Positions 58,860 to 64,000 of a DNA stretch of 64,000 nucleotides are shown here, piece by piece. The notes below the pieces were generated by a model. It was not told the DNA's origin. It searched no databases and saw nothing but the letters and a program-made list of their open reading frames with translations. The stretch's first letter is position 1, and the number at the start of each line of letters is the position of its first letter. Made by a program: the position numbers and the translations under genes. Origin of the DNA: Candidatus Saccharimonadia bacterium (GTDB taxonomy: Bacteria > Patescibacteriota > Saccharimonadia > UBA4664); the NCBI GenBank assembly GCA_035544015.1, contig DATKIP010000064.1, positions 2,131 through 66,130 of the forward strand, written 5' to 3'.

Positions 58860-59969
58860 ATGGCTATCAGTCGACGCTCATTTGTGGCCTTGCGCGGGCT
58901 CACCGTTGCTTCGCTCAAAATGTATTTCCGCAACCGCACCGCACTCTTTTTCTCGTTGTTTTTCCCCGTCGTGTTTATCGTGGTCTTCGGTTCGATTTTC
59001 AAAAATACGTCGGCCTCGTTTAAAATCGACTTCACCAATCAATCATCTGCTCCGCTAGCGACCGAGTTCAAGTCGGCTCTGGAGAAAATTCCAGCGTTCA
59101 AGATCAAAGAGGTCAGCCCCGCCGACGCCCAAACCGACCTCGACAAAGGCGACGCCGACCTGTCGGTCATGGTGCCGCCAGACTTTGGCACCGACCAAAA
59201 CGGCCGGCCGGCTACGTCCAAAATCGTTGCCCATTACAACGAGGCCAAGCCGGGCAACGGCCAGGCGGCCGCCCAAATCGTGCAGCAGCTAGCCGGCAAC
59301 CTCAACAACGCCATCACCAAGGCGCCCCAGATCATCTCGGTCGAAGCCAGCGGCGTCAAAACCAAAAACCTCAGCTACATCGATTTCCTCTTGCCCGGCA
59401 TGATCGGCCTCTCCGTGATGCAGCTTGGCATCTTTAGTGTCGCGTTCGGGTTCGTGTCGTACAAGACCACCGGTATGTTGCGCCGGCTCCAGGCTACGCC
59501 CATCCACCCCGGCAGCTTCCTGGCGGCCCAGGGCTTCACGCGGCTCATCATGGCCGTGCTCCAAACGGCCTTGCTGGCCGGTATCGGCCTGGCGTTCTTT
59601 GGCTTCCACCTCGATCCAGCCAATTACCCCGCGTTTCTGGTGCTGGCCCTGCTCGGCAGCGCCGTCTTCATGGCCGTCGGCTTCGCCATCGCGGGCTGGG
59701 CCAAAAACGAAGATCAAGCCCAGCCAGTAGCTCAGCTCATCCAGTTCCCCATGATGTTCCTCTCGGGCACCTTCTTCCCCCGCGACACCTTCCCGCACGT
59801 GCTGCAGGTGGTCACCGGCTACTTGCCGCTCACCTACCTCGCCGACGCTCTGCGCCACGTCGCCAACGACAACGCATCGCTATGGGCCGTCCGCGGCGAC
59901 CTCCTCGGCCTCATTATCTGGGGTGTCATAGCGAGCTTTATCGCCACACGCCTCTTCAGCTGGGAATAA
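58860..59969 (+). CDS. ABC-2 family transporter permease
   Basis: Six TM helices with a large first extracytoplasmic loop; 3-bp spacing after the ATPase. Confidence 0.8.
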   Translation: MAISRRSFVALRGLTVASLKMYFRNRTALFFSLFFPVVFIVVFGSIFKNTSASFKIDFTNQSSAPLATEFKSALEKIPAFKIKEVSPADAQTDLDKGDADLSVMVPPDFGTDQNGRPATSKIVAHYNEAKPGNGQAAAQIVQQLAGNLNNAITKAPQIISVEASGVKTKNLSYIDFLLPGMIGLSVMQLGIFSVAFGFVSYKTTGMLRRLQATPIHPGSFLAAQGFTRLIMAVLQTALLAGIGLAFFGFHLDPANYPAFLVLALLGSAVFMAVGFAIAGWAKNEDQAQPVAQLIQFPMMFLSGTFFPRDTFPHVLQVVTGYLPLTYLADALRHVANDNASLWAVRGDLLGLIIWGVIASFIATRLFSWE

Positions 59970-60020
59970 ATCGCTACCCGCAGGTTTGAACTAGCGAGGG
60001 AAAGTCCTTATGATTAGCTC

Positions 60021-63000
60021 ATGAAACCCCACCATAAGCTATCGTTGGCCTGTGGGGCAATAGTGCTTGTGCTGGGATTAATTAGCGCGCTGTTGCCGTC
60101 CAGCACGCGTAGTGCCGGGCCGTGCCCCTGCACTATCTGGTCCACGAACCCGTCGGTGTCGGTCATCAGCAATGGCCAGCCTTTGGAGCCGGGCGTAAAG
60201 TTCTCCGCCGACGCCGATGGCTACATCCTGGGCGTGCGATTTTACAAAGATACTGGTATGGGTGGAGCTCACGTCGGCCACCTCTGGGACAGCCTCGGCC
60301 ACAAGCTGGCCGAAGCCACCTTCGGCACCGAAACCAGCACCGGCTGGCAAACCGTCACCTTCGACAATCCGGTCAAAGTCACCGCCAGCACCCTCTACGT
60401 CGCCTCGTATTACGCCGCCGACGGCAATTTTGCGCGCACCTCCGGGGGGCTCAGCTCGGCCGTCGACGCCGGTACGCTCCACGTGCCTGCCAACGTCACT
60501 GCCGCCGCCCTCGACGGGTTCGGCGACAACCACAACGGTGTGTTTGCCGACGGCGTCAGCGCGTACCCCTACCAGAGCTTCGGTGGCAGCAATTATTGGG
60601 TGGATGTTGTCTACGACACCGTCGTGCCCGATACCGCCCCGCCGCTCGTAACCGTCACTCAGCCCAAGTCCTCGTCCTACGGCGTGCTCGCCGCCGGCCC
60701 CTACACGGCGCAGTTCAACGAACAACTCGATCCCGCCACCATCACCACGAGCACCTTCACCGTCACCGGCTCCACCGGCCCGCCGGTCGCCGCCTCAGTA
60801 TCGTACGACGCTGCCAGTTTCACAGCTTCCATCAAGCCGTCGTCGCCGCTGGCCCCCGGCGAGTACACCGCCAAACTGGCCGGCGGGGGAGGATCAGCCA
60901 TCACCGACCTGGCCGGCAACCATCTCGCCAGCGACTTCACCTGGACCTTCAGCGTGGGCGCCACCCCCGGCGGCTCACCCACCGCCGGCCCCGGTGGACC
61001 CATCCTCGTTATCACGTCGAGCACCAATCATTTTAGCGATTACTTCGCCGAAATCTTGCGCGCCGAGGGCTACAACAGCTTCGCCACCGTCGACCTTGCC
61101 ACCGTCGACGCCACCATGCTCGGCAATTACCAGCTCGTCGTGCTCGGCGATGTCGCACTGTCGGCTCCCCAAGCCTCCATGCTCTCTACCTGGGTGAACG
61201 CCGGCGGTAAACTCATCGCCAGCCACCCCGACAAAAAACTCGCCGGCCTGCTCGGCCTCACCGACGACGCCGCCACCCTCACCAACGCCTACCTCAAGGT
61301 CAACACCGGCAGCGCCCCCGGCTCCGGCATCGAGAGCGCCTCCATGCAATACAAAGGCCCGGCCGACCGCTACACCCTCAGTGGCGCCAGCTCCGTGGCC
61401 GACCTCTACACCGACGCCGCCACCGCCACCACCAAGCCGGCCGTCTCGCTCGCCACTGCCGGCAGCGGCCAGGCCGCCGCCTTCACCTACGACCTGGCCA
61501 AATCCATCGTGTATCTGCGCCAGGGCAACCCGGCCTGGGCCGGCCAAGACCGCGACGGCGACTCCCTGGATCGCTCCGACGACCAATACTTCGGCGCCAA
61601 AATCGGCGACGTCCAGCCCAACTGGAACGACCCCACCAAGCTCGCCATCCCCCAAGCCGACGAACAGCAACGCCTGCTCGGCAACCTCATCACCCAAATG
61701 ATGTCCACCGCCCTGCCCCTGCCGCACTTCTGGTATTTCCCCAAGGTGGGCATTAATACCCTGCCCAAGGCGGTATTAATGATGGCCGGCGACGACCACG
61801 CCACCGCCGGAGGCACTTACACCTCCATGGTGCGTCTGAGCGGCCTCAGTCCAGGCAATTGCTCACTCTTGGACTGGGAGTGCGACCGCATGACCTCCTG
61901 GTATTACACCAACACGCCCCTCTCCAATGCCGCCGCTGCCAGCCTGGCCGCTCAAGGCCACGAATTGGCCGACCACCTGTCCTTCAGCAGCGGCTGTGGC
62001 AGCAGCTACACCGAAGCCAGCTACCTCAGCTTTTTTGCCAGTGATCTGGGCGCCTTCCGGTCCAAATACACCAGCCTGCCCAGCCAGCGCACCAACCGCT
62101 GGCACTGTGTGCCGTGGGGCGATTGGGCCAGCCTGCCCAAAGCCGAAGTCCAAAACGGCGTTCGCCTCGACGCCGGCTATTACTACTACCCCACAGCCTA
62201 CACCACCGCCGGCGACGGCCTGTTTAACGGCTCCGGCCTGCCCATGCGCTACGCCGACACCGACGGCTCCCTCATTGACGTCTACCAGCAAGTCAGCCAC
62301 CTCGTAAATGAATCCGGCCGCCCCCACCCGGCCGACATCACTACCATGCTCGACAATGCCCTGGGCGCCAGCGGCTACTACGGCGTGTTCGGCACCCACT
62401 TCGACTGGACCGATAGCTACGACCGACAGCTCATGACCGCCGCCACGGCCCGCAACGTCCCCATGATCTCCGCCGACCAGCTCCTCACCTGGCAAGACGG
62501 CCGCGGCGCCTCCAGCCTCACCGGCTTTGGCTTTAGCGGCAACGAATTAACCTTCAACCTGGCCGCCGCCGGCGGCGCCACCGGCATGCAGACACTCATC
62601 CCCGCGACCGGCCCCACCGGATCAGTCACAGCCGTGTCGCGCGATGCTGTCACGGTCTCATACGGCACCGTGAATATTAAAGGGGTATCGTACGCCGTAG
62701 TCCCAGCCGCCCCCGGCGCCTACACCGTCTGCTATAACACCTGCAACCCGGCTCCCACTCCCACTCCCACGCCCACCCCTACTCCCACGCCAACGCCCAC
62801 TCCAACGCCGACTCCCACACCCACCCCAACCCCAACTCCAACGCCCACCCCGACTCCGACACCGACCCCCACGCCGACTCCAACACCCACACCTTCTGCC
62901 GCGCCCACAGCTACTGCCACCCCCACGCCCAAGCCTTCTTCCAAGCCCCAGAGCAGTGCCACGCCCGCGGCATCGCCGGCTGCGGCCGGGCCCACCGCGT

Positions 63001-63236
63001 CTCCCAGCCCGGAGGCCTCGGCCAGCCCGGCGCCCACATCTAGTGCCAGCCCCCAAGCCTCGCCCAGCCCCACCGCGTCCGCCACGCCCGCACCCGCCGC
63101 CGGGTCCGGCAACAACACCGTGCTCATACTAGGCATGGCCGCCGGCGGATTAGGCTTCCTCGGGCTCCTCATTTTCCTCGCGCTCTGGCTCCGCCGTCGG
63201 TCCAAAGGTCCCGACGACCCCGGCCCCCTGAGCTAG
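60021..63236 (+). CDS. Large cell-surface protein: signal peptide, DUF4082-like N-terminal domain, Ig-like domain, large central domain, (PT)n linker, S/A/P-rich stalk, C-terminal TM anchor
   Basis: Signal peptide; (PT)~35 repeat; C-terminal [29 protein letters not shown]. Confidence 0.7.
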   Translation: MKPHHKLSLACGAIVLVLGLISALLPSSTRSAGPCPCTIWSTNPSVSVISNGQPLEPGVKFSADADGYILGVRFYKDTGMGGAHVGHLWDSLGHKLAEATFGTETSTGWQTVTFDNPVKVTASTLYVASYYAADGNFARTSGGLSSAVDAGTLHVPANVTAAALDGFGDNHNGVFADGVSAYPYQSFGGSNYWVDVVYDTVVPDTAPPLVTVTQPKSSSYGVLAAGPYTAQFNEQLDPATITTSTFTVTGSTGPPVAASVSYDAASFTASIKPSSPLAPGEYTAKLAGGGGSAITDLAGNHLASDFTWTFSVGATPGGSPTAGPGGPILVITSSTNHFSDYFAEILRAEGYNSFATVDLATVDATMLGNYQLVVLGDVALSAPQASMLSTWVNAGGKLIASHPDKKLAGLLGLTDDAATLTNAYLKVNTGSAPGSGIESASMQYKGPADRYTLSGASSVADLYTDAATATTKPAVSLATAGSGQAAAFTYDLAKSIVYLRQGNPAWAGQDRDGDSLDRSDDQYFGAKIGDVQPNWNDPTKLAIPQADEQQRLLGNLITQMMSTALPLPHFWYFPKVGINTLPKAVLMMAGDDHATAGGTYTSMVRLSGLSPGNCSLLDWECDRMTSWYYTNTPLSNAAAASLAAQGHELADHLSFSSGCGSSYTEASYLSFFASDLGAFRSKYTSLPSQRTNRWHCVPWGDWASLPKAEVQNGVRLDAGYYYYPTAYTTAGDGLFNGSGLPMRYADTDGSLIDVYQQVSHLVNESGRPHPADITTMLDNALGASGYYGVFGTHFDWTDSYDRQLMTAATARNVPMISADQLLTWQDGRGASSLTGFGFSGNELTFNLAAAGGATGMQTLIPATGPTGSVTAVSRDAVTVSYGTVNIKGVSYAVVPAAPGAYTVCYNTCNPAPTPTPTPTPTPTPTPTPTPTPTPTPTPTPTPTPTPTPTPTPTPTPTPSAAPTATATPTPKPSSKPQSSATPAASPAAAGPTASPSPEASASPAPTSSASPQASPSPTASATPAPAAGSGNNTVLILGMAAGGLGFLGLLIFLALWLRRRSKGPDDPGPLS
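62750..62893 (+). repeat. (CCN ACN)n microsatellite-like repeat encoding a (Pro-Thr)n linker
   Basis: Seen in sequence; intragenic. Confidence 0.8.
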
Positions 63237-64000
63237 CGATGCGTCCGCGGCCACCATTCCGGCATCAACGCCCGCCGCGGTAGCCGGGGAAGGATATAGG
63301 CCGCCAGCACCGTAGCGAGCGGCACCGCTGCCACCAGCGCAGCTCCCCCTACCAGCGTGCGAATGACCTCCTCACCAATCAATTCGTTATTGAGCGTCAT
63401 AAAAAGTGGCATAGCCGGATGCACTGCCAAAAACACCAACAAGGAAAATGACGCCCCCGCATACGCCAGCACTAGCGTATTAATCAGCGACGCGATGTGC
63501 TCCTGCCCCACCCGCAACCCCCGCCGGTACAATTCCGCCGCCGATAGGGCCGCATTCGCCTCATGCAGCTGTGCCACCACGGCCACTTGAGCCGTAGTAA
63601 TATCATCAAGAATTCCCAATACCCCAATCATCATTCCGCCGAGCAACAATCCCTGCAGATCCAGCCCCGGCGCCGCCTGGAAAGCCAGTGCAGCGGCGCC
63701 CTCGCCGGCCAGACCCGTCAGGTTTGCCGCCCCCACCGCTATGAGCGAAAGTGCCGTTCCCGCCAGCAACGTCGCTACCGTGGCAACCAGCGCTAGGCTG
63801 GTGCGGCGATTAAAACCGTGCGCCAGGTACAATGACGCCCCGGCTATCATAAAGGTGCCCGTGAGGCAGGTAGTAAAGGGATTATTCCCGCGAATAATCC
63901 CCGGGATAATCCACAGCGCGATGATCCCGAAGCTCACGGCCAGCCCAACCAAGGCCGTAAAGCCTCGCCACCGCCCAATCCCTATCGCCAAGGCCACAAA
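63233..64000 (-). CDS. YibE/F-family membrane protein, partial (N-terminus lies beyond the window end)
   Basis: Polytopic membrane protein with YibE/F-like helices; the ORF runs to the window edge. Confidence 0.55.
   Translation of the reverse strand, partial: FVALAIGIGRWRGFTALVGLAVSFGIIALWIIPGIIRGNNPFTTCLTGTFMIAGASLYLAHGFNRRTSLALVATVATLLAGTALSLIAVGAANLTGLAGEGAAALAFQAAPGLDLQGLLLGGMMIGVLGILDDITTAQVAVVAQLHEANAALSAAELYRRGLRVGQEHIASLINTLVLAYAGASFSLLVFLAVHPAMPLFMTLNNELIGEEVIRTLVGGAALVAAVPLATVLAAYILPRLPRRALMPEWWPRTHR

Noticed and set aside
62750-62893. Regular short repeats as a possible CRISPR array
   Set aside because: The 6-bp-period Pro-Thr codon repeat lies inside a CDS. There are no spacers and no cas genes.

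Overview
This is a high-GC (~65%) bacterial chromosomal window with compact, mostly overlapping genes and a few low-GC (45-50%) patches that look horizontally acquired. From the left it carries a cell-envelope/polysaccharide locus: a GT2 glycosyltransferase, an M23 peptidase fused to a 7-blade lectin-like propeller, a SAM-methyltransferase, an rfbBCDA dTDP-rhamnose operon, a cytidylyltransferase, a cupin and glmS. Next come a two-subunit ATP-citrate lyase (aclBA), a VanW-family gene and lexA with a candidate operator. Housekeeping and stress genes follow: a serine hydrolase, a TolB-like protein, CNNM and CDF transporters, a deaminase, GNAT, a flavoprotein disulfide reductase, NUDIX and MazG-like genes, and a DHH phosphoesterase. 

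A low-GC accessory stretch at 27-32.4 kb holds two paralogous HTH + GHKL-ATPase + STAS-like (DUF4325) modules, one split across two genes and one fused. One of them lies in a ~1.2 kb element bracketed by direct repeats of the tRNA-Asn 3' end, next to an iteron-like repeat array; a HEPN-like (Rx4H) gene sits nearby. The rest of the window has a 1592-aa secreted (alpha/alpha)-toroid/Ig/lectin/6xFN3 protein, a cfa-like methyltransferase, an OmpR/histidine-kinase pair, a MacB-type ABC pair, an RRM protein, and an orphan low-GC ParA-like ATPase flanked by 39-bp identical terminator repeats. 

The most unusual region is an atypical F-type ATP synthase operon. It lacks atpB and atpE in place. It starts with a signal-peptide protein whose C-terminus is a c-subunit-like TM hairpin without the carboxylate. 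It then has atpF, a divergent atpH, atpA and atpG, followed by FOUR tandem paralogous small secreted two-cysteine proteins inserted between atpG and atpD, and ends with atpD, a 16-bp perfect inverted-repeat element, and a truncated atpC. Two ABC-2 exporter genes, a large (PT)n-anchored surface protein and a partial YibE/F membrane protein close the window. No CRISPR array or rRNA was seen. Many long antisense ORFs in the six-frame track are GC-driven artefacts.
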